A DNA stretch of 63,315 bases, filler included, from Hyphochytrium catenoides (Eukaryota; Protista; Hyphochytriomycota): assembly GCA_900088475.1 (NCBI GenBank). It is 10 parts of 10 records of this genome, joined end to end, with 100 filler letters (N's around TTAATTAATTAA, not from the genome) between each part and the next. Parts side by side here need not be neighbours in the genome. Positions count along the whole stretch, not along the records: positions 43,707 to 52,494 come from FLMG01002578.1; positions 52,595 to 56,216 come from FLMG01004573.1; positions 56,317 to 58,283 come from FLMG01004521.1; positions 58,384 to 61,712 come from FLMG01004415.1; positions 61,813 to 63,315 come from FLMG01000732.1; 5 more parts are not named here. One strand, written 5' to 3'. The notes under the pieces are model-generated. The model was not told the origin of the DNA and did no database searches. It worked only from the letters and a program-made list of their open reading frames with translations. How positions within the stretch are numbered: position 1 is the stretch's first letter; every line of letters starts with the position of its first letter. Positions 51,633 to 63,315 of the stretch are shown piece by piece. The position numbers were made by a program, and so were the translations under genes.

Positions 51633-52594
51633 CGAAAGGAAGAGAAACAAGCAAGAGGCCACTTTCCATTTTCCCCACTTTCACGGGCCCATCACAAGCA
51701 GCTTGAGCGCATGTTGGAACAGAGAATAGAGCTGTTCAGACAGGGATAAAGAAAGAGAGAGAGAGCGAGCGAGCGAGAGAGAGAGAGAGAGAGAGATAGA
51801 AAGAGAGAGAGAAGGAGAAGCAGAGGGAAAAGCGGAGAGAAAGAGAGAGAGAACGCGGGAGAGTCTCTCAAAAGTTGGAAAGAGGTGGACAGCGTAGCCT
51901 TACCTTCTTCTCTCTTCGGAACTTCTCTTTCTCTCTCTCTTTCTCTGCATTTACGTCTCTCTCTCTATTGTCTGAATGGTCTCTCTCTTCTGAGAGAGAA
52001 TCTCTCTCTTTGCAGACCAAAAGAAGGGCCGGGAAAGAAAGAAAGAAGGAGAGAGAAAGAGAGAATATTTGTAAAGGAAGAAGCTCTCGGCACCTTGACA
52101 AGGTGGCCAATTCTGAAGCTTTCTATAGGAAGCTTCAGGAGCTTTGTGAAGCTCCATCCACAGATTTCTTGAGATCGCAGTTTGCAGTTCTGAAGCTTGG
52201 GTCTCTGGCTTCAAAGCTCCAATCCTAAGCGTTTGGGAAGCTTCATCTTGAGCTTCAGAGCCTCGCTTTTCAGCTGTGGAGCGCAGTGCGTTGTCCGTGC
52301 CTGAAGCTTCACTTTTGGGGAGAAACCTCAAGACATTCAACGTTCTGAAGCTCCGTCATTGGCTTTTCAGAATCTTCATATTGCCAATCTCTTTAAGCTC
52401 TGTTCGCCCAGCGTCTGCGATAGCTTACAAGCTGCCCCACACTCTGCACCTCTCAGACTCTCTCTCTCTACCTTCTCAAGAAACATCTGCAGACNNNNNN
52501 NNNNNNNNNNNNNNNNNNNNNNNNNNNNNNNNNNNNNNTTAATTAATTAANNNNNNNNNNNNNNNNNNNNNNNNNNNNNNNNNNNNNNNNNNNN

Positions 52595-53946
52595 ACCTAC
52601 TTTACCCATGGATCTCATCTATGGTGATGTCACGGTGCCAGACATTTCTCGATTTCATGTCATGGACGATGCGGTTCAACACATGGTGAGGACTTATAGG
52701 GAGGTCTTGATCAAGGCTAAATAAGGCTAACCTTGATATATCTCACGAGAAGACAGAGATTAGGGCGATGGAGAAAAAGGCTCGGAGGCCTTGGATCACA
52801 TTTGCAGTGGGAGACCTNNNNNNNNNNNNNNNNNNNNNNNNNNNNNNGCCGTATCCTCAGGGAAATGGAACGACAACAGTAGAGGCTGCTTTAGCTACAC
52901 TTCTACCTTCAGCTGAAGTCATGCAAGCTGGCATTGGAGGAGGAGGCGAAGCAAACGTAGAGACTACTGGAGGACGATGAGAGTGACAAGTGCAAGCACA
53001 CAGAAGAAGGAACAAGAACAACCTAGGGAAGAAGAGGGAGTGCTCTCCTTCCATTTCTTTGTTTACCTTTCTCTAGAAGTTGTTGACTACTAGCTGATTT
53101 TGGCTAGGCATTCGCTATAGTAGATTGCATGTAGTAGGATAGCGATGAGTTTTCATCCGACGGTTGTCTGCATGCGATGACCCACGGTTTCTCATCGATA
53201 GAGTAGATAGGATCAGGATAGCATGTGTGATTAGGGGTTCTGACTTTGAGTGGCTGTCACGGCTCTGTCGATGTGGCGATCTCTGTCCACCACAGATTCG
53301 TTGCTATGAAAACTGAAAGCCTTCATCTGGATGACGGCTTCATAGTTTAGCCGTGGGGATGTTAGCACTGTGATAGTTTCAGGACGTTAACGGCCTAGTT
53401 CTCTAGGATAGTCAGGAGTAACCGCCCCCTACCTACCGAACAGGCGCCAGACTGTTTGGTAGGGACTTCACAATTTCCCAGATAACAGAGACCTAGCAGA
53501 GATTTCTGGAGACCTTTGTGGAGTTGAGGATTGAGACCGAGTCGGAGACGGAGACGGATCTAGCCTACAAACAGGGTAGAGTCGTACACCACGGGTAGGA
53601 AAACAAGTAAAAAAAGGTTCCTGATAAAGGCCCGTGGAAAGGAGACAAGAAAGAAAGTAATGGGTGCACACTGGGCCTGCTCACTGCCTACGTTCTGAGA
53701 GCTAGTTGGTTCCCCTACTGTTCCGCCTAAAGGTCACAGGTGATGAATGCAAGGAAGGGTAGTAGATGCCTCCGTGATGAGGAGATTGTACTACCGTTTT
53801 TTAGGACTCGAGATGTCAGTCTTCGCGGGAGTGAGGTGTGAGGCGTGCTCTGTGGGGAATGCATGCTTCAGTAAACACCTCCTCCCTCCCCTCTGTATAT
53901 ACATTAAACTCTAGTCGCCTACTGCCAGTGCTCTCTACCATCTACA
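52595..53946 (+). mobile_element. Decayed Ty3/gypsy 3' end: integrase C-terminus, PPT and LTR
   Basis: PTLPMDLIYG and FAVGD motifs typical of the gypsy integrase C-terminus, with stops. G-rich tract then TGTTAG at 53360 and a candidate LTR end CTACA at 53946. Confidence 0.55.
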
Positions 53947-53949
53947 GCC

Positions 53950-55576
53950 TTAACCTACTGGTAAATGCATGCCAAGGACTTTTGTCATTGCTCTTCCGGC
54001 GAACAAGAAAGCCTCCGTAACAGTTCCTCTTAGATTGTAGGTTCCAGAACTAGTTTGCTTGAACGCGACTGCTTCGCATGCCGCGGTAGTATCTGTTTTT
54101 GGCATAGAAACTACTAGGACTGACGGTAGTCCTTCGACCACCGTGAAGACGTCCGCACAGGAGGGAAGTCGCCCTCCACACACGCTGATGACGTGACGAC
54201 GAGTGCGCAGATCAAGGCTACCGTTTCCGTCCCTTCTTGTTGACGTTCGTGGAAGCTTATTCATGGGGACACGGAGACGGTTCATTCCATGCGCTGACAA
54301 CAGGTGTCCGCTAAGTCGCATTTCCTCTGTCGCCTCTCACTGCCACCGCTTATAGACGGTCTCTGTTCTCCTGCAACGCTGCATTGAGGAGATGGCTTTC
54401 ATCGATTGCCCCAGCATGGCGGCGCACATCAGGATGCGGTTCGTTGTGGCCAGCTTCCTCCACAACCTGTTGCCGCAGGAGGAGTTCTGTAGTACTTTCT
54501 TTCGCCAGAAAAGCCGCTATACAAGTGTTTATTGTCTACTTCTCCGGCCCTATGTGTAGATGGCGCAGTCTAGAGAGCAGTTATATTATGAGGCTGAGCA
54601 GGAGGCTTTGTAAAGACCAGTCCGGGCATGCAGAGGATGTGTCCCCATATGATGGGTAGCTATTTGGTGGCATGATGAGCAGGAGGAGGAGGAGGAAGGA
54701 CTCCTCCTCATGTAATACGGCGATCAGATCGCTGGTGCAGATTTTTTCCGCAGCGATGATAGCAAGCGGAAGTGGCTGGCAGCATTTGATTATGTTTGTA
54801 CCACGTAGACCTCATTACCGCCGGTGTTGCGGTCGGCTTCCCTCTACCTTGTATCATGCACCGTCTTCTAAAGCCTCATAGCTACTACGGGCTCGCTCCA
54901 CAATCGCCAGACTCTTTGTCGATAGCAAGGATAAGACAAACGCTGTCTCCTCACTGTACCTGAGAGTGGGAATGTGCAAAAAGGAGAGAGTCAAGAAGCT
55001 ACACTGTAGCGTTTGCAGGTGCTCGATAGCATGGTCAGTCTTGAGGATAACCTGTTGTTGACCAGCCAAATACCCTGACCAGAGGGAAAAGGCCCATCCA
55101 AGCAGTGAGGGCTTCCCTAGCCTGTCATCGTGGTGCGTGGTACCATCATCATCAAAACGCCTCTTCTCCGCATCGTCGTCGTTCAACTTTCCGGATAGTA
55201 ATGCTACAGGGCAATCCTGAAGACATCCGCCGTAGAGTAAAGCTCATCCTCTTGACTCATCATCTTCATGCACTGAACGAAGCATCGTCCTTAAGAGTGA
55301 CCAGGAAGCGATGATCCTTCTATTATTATCAATCTTCTTTTCCTTCATCGGGAACTAGGAACTAGAGCTCTCCTTTCTGAGGGTTTGTACCAACCTTTCC
55401 AGGAACTGGGAACGGTAGATAGCACCCATTGGGAAATGGACACCGAGGATAGCTGAAAGTAAAGTGATCCAGAACAGTAAACAGTCGTACTCTGCCAGGA
55501 GAAGCCTCTTTTACCGAAAATAACACGAAGGTAACAGGAAGATCTTTTTACGAACAGTGGTGAGTTGGGCGTTACA
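53950..55576 (-). mobile_element. Decayed and internally deleted Ty3/gypsy-like remnant
   Basis: Begins TGTAACG at 55576. WSGYLAGQQQVILKTDH resembles the gypsy RNase H motif YLxGxxFxxxTDH; LRQQVVEEAGHNEPHP resembles the integrase zinc-finger start. Many stops. Confidence 0.4.
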
Positions 55577-55623
55577 ATTTGGCCCGGCCCATTCTGTCCC
55601 CCCTTCGACAAACCTCTCTCTCT

Positions 55624-55661
<38 letters not shown>

Positions 55662-55685
55662 NNNNNNNNNNNNNNCTCTCTCTCT

Positions 55686-55717
<32 letters not shown>

Positions 55718-56316
55718 TCTCGTCTCTTCTCCACTCTCTCGCGACTACCTCCCTGTAGAATGCTCTCAACATCGGCTCCTCGTCATGCTTAGGTTGGCAG
55801 ATGTAGGAAGTGTTAGAGGTAGGCTCCAGCAGCACCAGCGCCTACCTTCCGAAACATTCCCTCCCGCCTCTTTCTTCAGCGCCCAGTCATTGCTTCCAAC
55901 TTCCTTCTCGACCGGCAGCAGCTCGGGAAGGCTAGAACTTTGTCTTCCGAGAAGAAGAAGGATATCAGGCTGCTGTTCTCGAGAAGAAGAATAGGACCAA
56001 CTCTCCAGAGCTGGATACGGCAGACTCAAAAAAGCATGACAGCTCTCGAGGCTCACTGCAGCGGTTGATGGTGCGAAAGGGAGAATAAAGATTCAATTCA
56101 CGAGACCCACGCGTAGCCTGAACGTCGCTACGGCTACTGATCAGTGGTATATAGACCAGTGGTAATCGAGAATCCCGCCTTGGAACGACAGAGTGAGGCT
56201 GTTTGACTAGTAGCATNNNNNNNNNNNNNNNNNNNNNNNNNNNNNNNNNNNNNNNNNNNNTTAATTAATTAANNNNNNNNNNNNNNNNNNNNNNNNNNNN
56301 NNNNNNNNNNNNNNNN

Positions 56317-57755
56317 CTCAAGGCTACAATCAGAAACAGGGGATCGATTACAACGAGGTCTTTGCGCCAGTGGTCAGCTATGAGTCCGTCCGATGTATCC
56401 TCTCGTTAGCTGCAATGTATGACTTTGAGATTCATCATCTGGATATTCGTACTGCCTTTCTCCATGGAGATCTTGAGGAGACCATATACATGCGCCAACC
56501 CCCGGGATTTGCTCAACCAGGACAGGAACATCTGGTCTGTAAGCTAAAGCGCAGCATTTATGGGCTCAAACAAAGTCCTCGCCAATGGAACAAAGTATTA
56601 GACAGTTATCTTCGCGACAACGGATTCGAACCCAGCTTGTGTGAACCTTGCGTCTACATCAACAGGTCCGGGGAGGATGGCAAGCCGACCATCGTGTCGA
56701 CCTTCGTAGACGACCTGCTGATCTTCGCGCCAAGCAACAATCGTGCGGATCAAGTTAAAGGACTTCTAAAGGACAGATTTGATGTGAAAGACTTAGGAGA
56801 ACTCCAATACTTCCTAGGAGTAGAAGTTATTAGGGATCGAAAGAATCGGAAGATTTACCTTCGCCAACGAAGATTTATTCAAGACCTTCTGAAACGCTAT
56901 GGCATGGAAGATTGTAACCCAATCAGCACGCCTGTTACTCCTGGTGAAAAGCTACCCAAGGCAGATTCCCTCTCTACACTGACTTCTGAAGAGGAGGAAT
57001 ATTTACTCAAGATACCGTACAGGAATGCTGTTGGCAGTCTTATGCATTTGATGGTAGCCTCCAGGCCGGATATAGCCTTCGCAGTACAATTGGTTAGCCA
57101 GCATATGACTAACTATAGACAGACTCACTGGGCTGCTGTGAAGCGGATACTGAGATATCTGAAAGGGACTGCAGACCATTTCTTATGTCTAGGAGGAGAA
57201 GCAGGCCCGGACAATAATCAGAGTCCTACACTACAACTCTTTGCAGATGCAGACTGGGCAAATGATCCTATGGACAGAAAATCCATTTCAGGCTACTTTC
57301 TTACACTGGGGACTGGTGCTTTCAGTTGGAAGGCTAAGAAGCAAGACATAGTGGCTTCTTCAACCACTGAAGCTGAGTGCATCTCACTTTGGACTGGAGC
57401 CAAACATGCAGAACACATCTCTTATTTCTTACAGGAGCTTCAGTATCCACTGAGTAGACCCATCCTCGCACATCAAGACAACAAGAGCACGATAACAGTC
57501 TGCGAGATGCCGAGACCAAAATCGAAATATATTGATGTCAAACACTGTGTGGTTAGAGATCAGGTGAATCGCAAAGTCTTGGAATTGCAACACTGCCCAA
57601 CCAAGAAAATGACTGCCGACATTCTCACGAAGGCGTTACCAGCACCTCAATTCCGAGAACTTCTTCCGCAACTCGGGATTGTCCCTTCCACTTCCGTCGT
57701 AAGACAAAGTCTACCTTCCGGGGAGGACAAGGCGGAGGCCGACGGACACTCATGA
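56317..57755 (+). CDS. Ty1/copia reverse transcriptase plus RNase H (5' truncated by contig start)
   Basis: QGYNQKQGIDYNEVFAPV, LDIRTAFLHG, IYGLKQSPRQW, FVDD, PYRNAVGSL, RPDIAF, ADADWA, STTEAE, DNKS, ADILTKAL; uninterrupted frame. Confidence 0.97.
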
Positions 57756-57775
57756 CGTCTGGACCTGCGGGGAGG

Positions 57776-58091
57776 TGTTGAGAGCAGAAGCTGACAAAAG
57801 CTCTACAAGGCTCACAGTTCCAGACTCTATCTCACAAGAGGAAGAAGGTACAAAACAAAGTGTCTCAGAGTTATGATAACTAGGTTATTATCACTAGGTA
57901 AGTCATCATGTGACGTGAAGAAGTAGTAACTGGGTCTCATAGTTTATACGAGACACAGTTACTCTCCAGAACAACTAGACAACGTGATAACTAGGAAACA
58001 GGGTCCCATAAACCCGTCATACTCACTCTGAGCATATCAGTAGACCACATAACCTAAATAAGAGTGTCTTCAAATCCCATACATTATAACA
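57776..58091 (+). mobile_element. 3' LTR of the copia element (316 bp)
   Basis: Polypurine tract GCGGGGAGG immediately before TGTTG; ends ATAACA, giving TGTT/AACA inverted termini. Confidence 0.75.
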
Positions 58092-58383
58092 CCCAATTCA
58101 TTAGTTTGAGCTCCTCCGGGAAAAGAAGAGGATGAGGATAGGAGAGCAGCTAACAAGGCACTAAGTTGCTCATGGCCTACTGTTGACAGCTGTGACGCCG
58201 GCAGCTTGTCCAAGTCGAAGCGAGGCTTCCAGCCTGCTGATGGCCTGCGCGCAGCATTCTCTGGAAGCTCGAAGCAGTCTGCGNNNNNNNNNNNNNNNNN
58301 NNNNNNNNNNNNNNNNNNNNNNNNNNNTTAATTAATTAANNNNNNNNNNNNNNNNNNNNNNNNNNNNNNNNNNNNNNNNNNNN

Positions 58384-59613
58384 AGGTTTTCTCTATCCTT
58401 CAGCGTTGAGGTTCTTCTTTGTCCTGCCTGCTTAGGGTTAGGGTTAGGCGTCGTGGCACCTTCTTCTGGTTGAAGAGCTTTCTTTTCCTTCAGCGGTTTT
58501 CTTTCTTCTTCAATAGTAGCCTCCTGTTCCTCGTCGTCATGGATTGTCATCTGCGGGTCATCATAGCTATCCAAAGTGTAAAGGCCGCGCTTGTTGATAG
58601 CTATACCAATGGTTGCTTTCGTCCTCTTCTCCTTCAGAAGACACTTGTCTCTTGAAAAAATTGCTTCCACTCCTCTCTTGGCTGCTTGCTGTACTGACAA
58701 TAAGTTGTACTTCATGTCCGGTACATAAAGAACTCTCTTCAGTGTGCAAGGTTGCTTGACTCCTTTTACGACAAAATCGATATCGATGTCTCCATAACCG
58801 TAAGAGACCACTTGTTGATTTCCTGCAATCTCCACCTGGATCTTCTCTTCGCAGAAGGTTACAAACGACATCCTGTCATTGCACATGTGGTCACTCGCTC
58901 CGGAGTCTACGACCCACTCCTTCTCTCTGCCTAGAGAAATAACCTCTTCATCAGGTATTGCCATTGCCATGAGAGCAGTCTTAGGCTTCTTCTTCGGACA
59001 TACTTCTTCTTTGTGTCCTCTCTTTCTGCAGTTCCAGCAAACGGCAGAGAAAGTCTTCCTGGTTCTTTCCTCGTCTTCACAGTCTGCGTCTGAGTCTGCC
59101 TCAGAGTCGTTGCCAGACTTTCCTTCTTCATTTCCCTTTCCATTTCTCATCTTGGTAGAAAGCTTCGTGTGGAGGGCTCGCTTCTTCTCCTCATCTTCCT
59201 GCTCTTTTCTCTCAACCTCTACCTCTTCCATAAGTAGTGCGGCCTTCAGTGTTGCAAGAGTGATTGCTTGTCCGCTGTTAACCATGAGTACCTTGGTGAC
59301 CAACTTGTACTCAGTCGGCAAGCCACGTATCACATAATTCACCACGGTCCCTTCGTCAATCTTTTCTCCGCCATCCAATAGCTCTCTCATCATTCCCTTA
59401 GCTCTGGAAAAGTATTGCTGCATACTTTCCGTTCTCTTTTTGTTGATTGATGATAGATCATCCCTTATTCGCATCGCTTCTGCAGGACGAAGCTTCCCAT
59501 ACTCTTCTTTTAGAATATCCCAAACTTCCAAAGCAGTCGTCACTCCAATGACATCAGAAAATATCTCAGGTGTCAGCGTAGAGAGAATTAGTGCCTGAGC
59601 TGAGTCACTTCCC
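58384..59613 (-). mobile_element. Ty1/copia gag-protease fragment
   Basis: TALEVWDILKEEY, ESMQQYFSR, VIRGLPTEY (copia gag), CWNCRKRGHKEEVC zinc knuckle, WVVDSGASDHM protease, VLYVPDMKYNLLSV, GLYTLD. No ATG or LTR upstream. Confidence 0.93.
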
Positions 59614-61589
59614 TGACAAGAGCTGCAAAGGGAGAACGTCTTTCTCTAGCGTCTTAGGACAGAGCCATAGCATCAGAGGGAGGTGAGCGACGAGAGGAAA
59701 AGCAGGAACATAGACAGCTTAGGCAGGAATCCTGCCAGCAGTTAATCGTGAAGGCGGATGGGGATCTTTCTTTCCCAGAGGACTTCGGGCACCGGAGGTC
59801 AAACTGGGACCCAGTCTAACATCTGCCTTATCTTCAGTTGCTTTTGGATTGAACCCCACCATCTCACCCTCCTCTGCGATGGAAGAATAAGCGTAAAGAA
59901 TGACAACAATAGCCCAAAGAGCAAGGAAGAAGATAAAAAAAGAGAGAGACATCAAGAGAAAGGGAGAACCAGTGCATTGATGCAGGACCCAGAGTGAGAA
60001 ATAATCGAAGAGAAAATATAAAAGGATAAATATGTTCTAGGGTTAGGACCAGCCAAAGGAAAAGAGCCACAGAAGAGCTGTGAGGGGGAAAGAAGAAAAG
60101 GGAGAAGGGACAACATAGAAGCTCTTCTCGCCTATGAAGACAAGGTCGTGTAGTGTTTCTCTTCTGTCGTCAAACTGCTTAAGAGATACGAGCCCTCGTT
60201 ATTTCATGTCTTGCTGATGATGCTGATTCTTCTCTTCTAAGGATACCAATCAGAAGACAGAAGATGTCCGCTCTTTCTCCTCCCTTCCGTTTCTCTCTCT
60301 TTTTCTCTCCCTGTTTCTCTCTTTGTTTCTCTCCCTATGTCTCTCTCTGCTTCTCCTGTGTTTCTCTATTGTTTTGGCTTTATCAGGTGCGTGCTCTGTG
60401 ATGTCTTTCTCTCTTGTCCCTCTATCGTCCACTAAATTAAGAGGTAATGCAGATCATCGCGTTATTTATGTGAAAGGATGACACAGGAATTGGACAAAAC
60501 AGTGGAGGAAGAGAGAGACAATGGATGATGGATACCCAAAACTCTCTCCCTCGCTTCTATCTGTTACTCCTTTTTTTCTATGTCCCATTATCTGGCCTTT
60601 TCAACGGCGGCACTTCATCTGTCTTCCTTCACTTAGGTTTTTCATCCTTCGTCCCACTTCCATGACTTTTGGCACCGCAGAGGACCCGCCAAAGAAAGCG
60701 AAGAGAGAGAATACGAGAGTAGTAGATGAGAAACAAAAGAGATGCAAAGGTAGATGGAAGAACAAAAGAGATAAAGATCTTCCACCTCCTCTCCTTATCC
60801 GATCAAGTCAGAGGGCAAGCTTTACTACTCTACTCACGCTTCTGCTCCCATACCACTTCTCTTTTCTTTGCCTGACGGGGAAATAGAGGTGGGATGGTTG
60901 AACTCGATGAACACGAAGGAGAGAAAGAGATAGGGAGAAAGTGAAAGCAGACAGTAAGGGTGAGAAGGGAAAGACACCTGGAAGGATAGATACAAGAGAC
61001 AGGGAGAGATATCAGAAAGAATTAGAGAGGATTGATGAGAGGCATATATAGTGCATTGAAGGAAAGTGTCTTCCATGTTAAAGCAAGCACACAAGCTACT
61101 CAAGATTCATAAAAAGAGGGCATAGGGATTTTTGATAGAATACAAGTAAGAGAGAGGAAACGTAAAACAGAGGGAGAGGATGCAGAATAGTTGATTCGAG
61201 AAAGAGCAGTTAGTAATCGAGAAAGCAATAAAACTAAACTTGATAATGGCGAAATAACTGTTGGAAGAGATTTTGGGTAGGGCAGCTTGTTAGGAAAAAG
61301 GCAGCCCGCGGGAGAGGGCAGCGGGGAAAGAAAAGGAACAGCAGGGTAGAGGAAAGGGAGTGGGAGAGGGAATGCTTTAGTGAGCGAGTTCGAGAGAGGG
61401 TAAGTGAGTGGGTTGTTGGGAGGCTCAAGGCAGCAGCAGATGAGGAAAAGGACACCACGAAAGAGAAAGAGCAGCGGGTAATAAAGGGCAGCAGGCTGGG
61501 GAGCGAGATAGGCTACGGTTAAGTGAGCCGATTTTTGAGTGGCATTGTCAGCGGCACAGTGACCGGCATAGCGAGGGGGTAGGGAAGGG

Positions 61590-61641
61590 CAGCGGTTTAG
61601 GACAGCGGTTTAGGACAGCGGTTTAGGACAGCGGTTTAGGG
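61590..61641 (+). repeat. 13-bp tandem repeat (CAGCGGTTTAGGA) x4
   Basis: Read directly; the last copy ends TTTAGGG. Confidence 0.95.
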
Positions 61642-61812
61642 CAGGGGGCAAGGGCCTAACAGTATTGCACAGGTTGGACAAGTTTTATTTGTATTTGTGT
61701 ACACAAATACAANNNNNNNNNNNNNNNNNNNNNNNNNNNNNNNNNNNNNNNNNNNNTTAATTAATTAANNNNNNNNNNNNNNNNNNNNNNNNNNNNNNNN
61801 NNNNNNNNNNNN

Positions 61813-63315
61813 TTCTCTTCTCTTCCAAACTTCGTCAAACTGCTTGTTTATCCCTAAATTCTCCATCAGATTGCTCATCTGTTCTTGCTTTCGGCGGTCT
61901 CCCTGGGGAGAAGTAAGCAGTGTCCAAGAAAGAGAGAGAGAGAGAGAATGAGAGAGAAAGAGAGACAAAGAGAATAGGAAGGAAGAGAGAATATACAGAG
62001 ACAGAAAGAGAGAATGAGAAGTAATTGAATGAGAGGTCAGAAGAGATGATGAAAAACAAGGAGAGAGAGAAGAGGAGAGGTAAACGTACTAAAAGCAACG
62101 GTATTGGTTACAGTGAGAGAGAAAGAGAGGCTAGGACGAGACAGAGACTCTTCTTCTGACCAGTCGAGTGGCAAAAAAACAATGGAATTACATAGGAGAG
62201 CAGGTCAGAGAGAGAAGCAGAAAGAGGGAACGTGTAGGAAAAACAGAGAGAAAAAGAGAGAGAAACGGGGTCAGGTCTCTACCTCAGTTAGTATCCGCTG
62301 CACTGCTGCTCTGGTGACATCTTTGAAATGTACAAAGTTTTCTCCGTAGACGGGAATAGCCATGTCGGCTGATAAGAGAGAGAGGGAAGAGAGAGAGAGA
62401 GAGAGATGAAGAGAGAAAGAGAAAGAGTGGTTCTTGTAAGAATGACAAGTGTCATATAGACAGGTCGAAAGATCTCCGCCTCAGCAACGTGGACTCTTTT
62501 TTCGTTGTCCTCTCTCTCTCTCTCTCTCTCTCTCGCTCTCTTTCTTGTCCATGCCAAACATCGATATTCGTCGTCTTTATCGCACATCTTTCGGCGCGCA
62601 ACTCTCTCTCTCTCTCTCTGTCTCTTCTTACCTATCTCTTTCATCACTTGGTGTCTTCTCAATCCCTTGCCTCCAAAGCCGAGAGGCGCTGGAAGAGAGA
62701 AAAAGAAGTCTGCGAGATTCTCCACTCTCGCCAGTCCTGAGGCTTCAGGGTCTATCTTCGCCCAATGCTCCGTCAACTCCTCTAACGAGCTCGTGTTTAT
62801 CAGACTGTACTCGCTGCTGTCGCCTAGTAGTAAAAAGAGAGAGAGAGAGAGGGGGGATAGAGAGAGAGAGACAGAGAGAGAAAGAGAGAGGGCATAGAGA
62901 GAGAGAGAGGGAAGAGAGAGTGAAGATGGAGTTGAAGAAAGAGAGAAAATAGAGAGATGTGAGCGACCCTCAGTCAAACTTAGACTTCCTGTCCTCTATA
63001 ACTATCCTTTGAGTCCTATGTTGAGAGCATCTCCTGTCTCTCTCTCTTCCTCTTCTCCCAGCACCGCTCTCTTATCTGTCAGTCACTCGTTGCCGCTTTC
63101 CCTCTCTCTGTCATTCTTTGCCTCTTTGTTCTCTTTCTCCCCCTCTCCTTTCTTTTTCTCTCTTCTCTCTCTCTGTTGCTCTCTGTCCCTGTCCCCTTCT
63201 CTTTCGCCCTCTTTTAAACGATTAACATTCTTTGTGTTCCTCTCCTCTCTTCAAAGTTACTCCTTTCTCACCGATGGCGTCCACGACAATGCCTGAGAAG
63301 AGGTTGATGGCGACA
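61813..63315 (-). CDS. Voltage-gated Ca2+/Na+ channel alpha subunit: last S6 helix and C-terminal EF-hand-like region (partial)
   Basis: Exons 63315-63272 (VAINLFSGIVVDAI), 62823-62632 (LEELTEHWAKIDPEASG...LPAPLGFG), 62369-62283 (MAIPVYGENFVHFKDVTRA) and 61901-61814. The W..xDP..G / PxPLG / VHFxDV pattern is typical of Cav/Nav tails. Confidence 0.85.

Noticed and set aside
58432-58448. TTAGGGTTAGGGTTAGG as a telomere
   Set aside because: Fewer than three copies, inside the copia ORF, where it encodes PNPNP.
56317-59613. Inverted RT and gag pieces as one rearranged copia element
   Set aside because: The linker at 58284-58383 separates them; relative orientation is arbitrary.
59719-60260. Hydrophobic ORFs as a membrane-protein gene
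   Set aside because: Pyrimidine-rich low-complexity translation with stops and no coherent exon chain.

Overview
Eukaryotic (probably stramenopile/SAR protist; inference) draft-genome window made of 10 contigs joined by artificial 100-bp N44-TTAATTAATTAA-N44 linkers, so adjacency across linkers means nothing. Most ORFs in the track are artefacts of (GA/CT)n intronic microsatellites. Manual splicing of GT(GC)-AG introns gives: two secreted or GPI-anchored proteins, CTP synthase, a SAM-CRIB-RhoGAP, an EF-hand/WD-type protein, a compact block of three genome-maintenance genes on one contig (FANCB-like head-to-head with NSE4, which is tail-to-tail with an SHPRH/RAD5-type SNF2 3' end), a multi-TM receptor-like TKL kinase, WDR44, the C-terminus of a voltage-gated Ca/Na channel, and Ty1/copia and Ty3/gypsy remnants. 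The most interesting items are the FANCB-NSE4-SHPRH cluster, the 8-TM kinase and the SAM-CRIB-RhoGAP architecture. All family calls rest on motifs recalled from memory; no database search was run.
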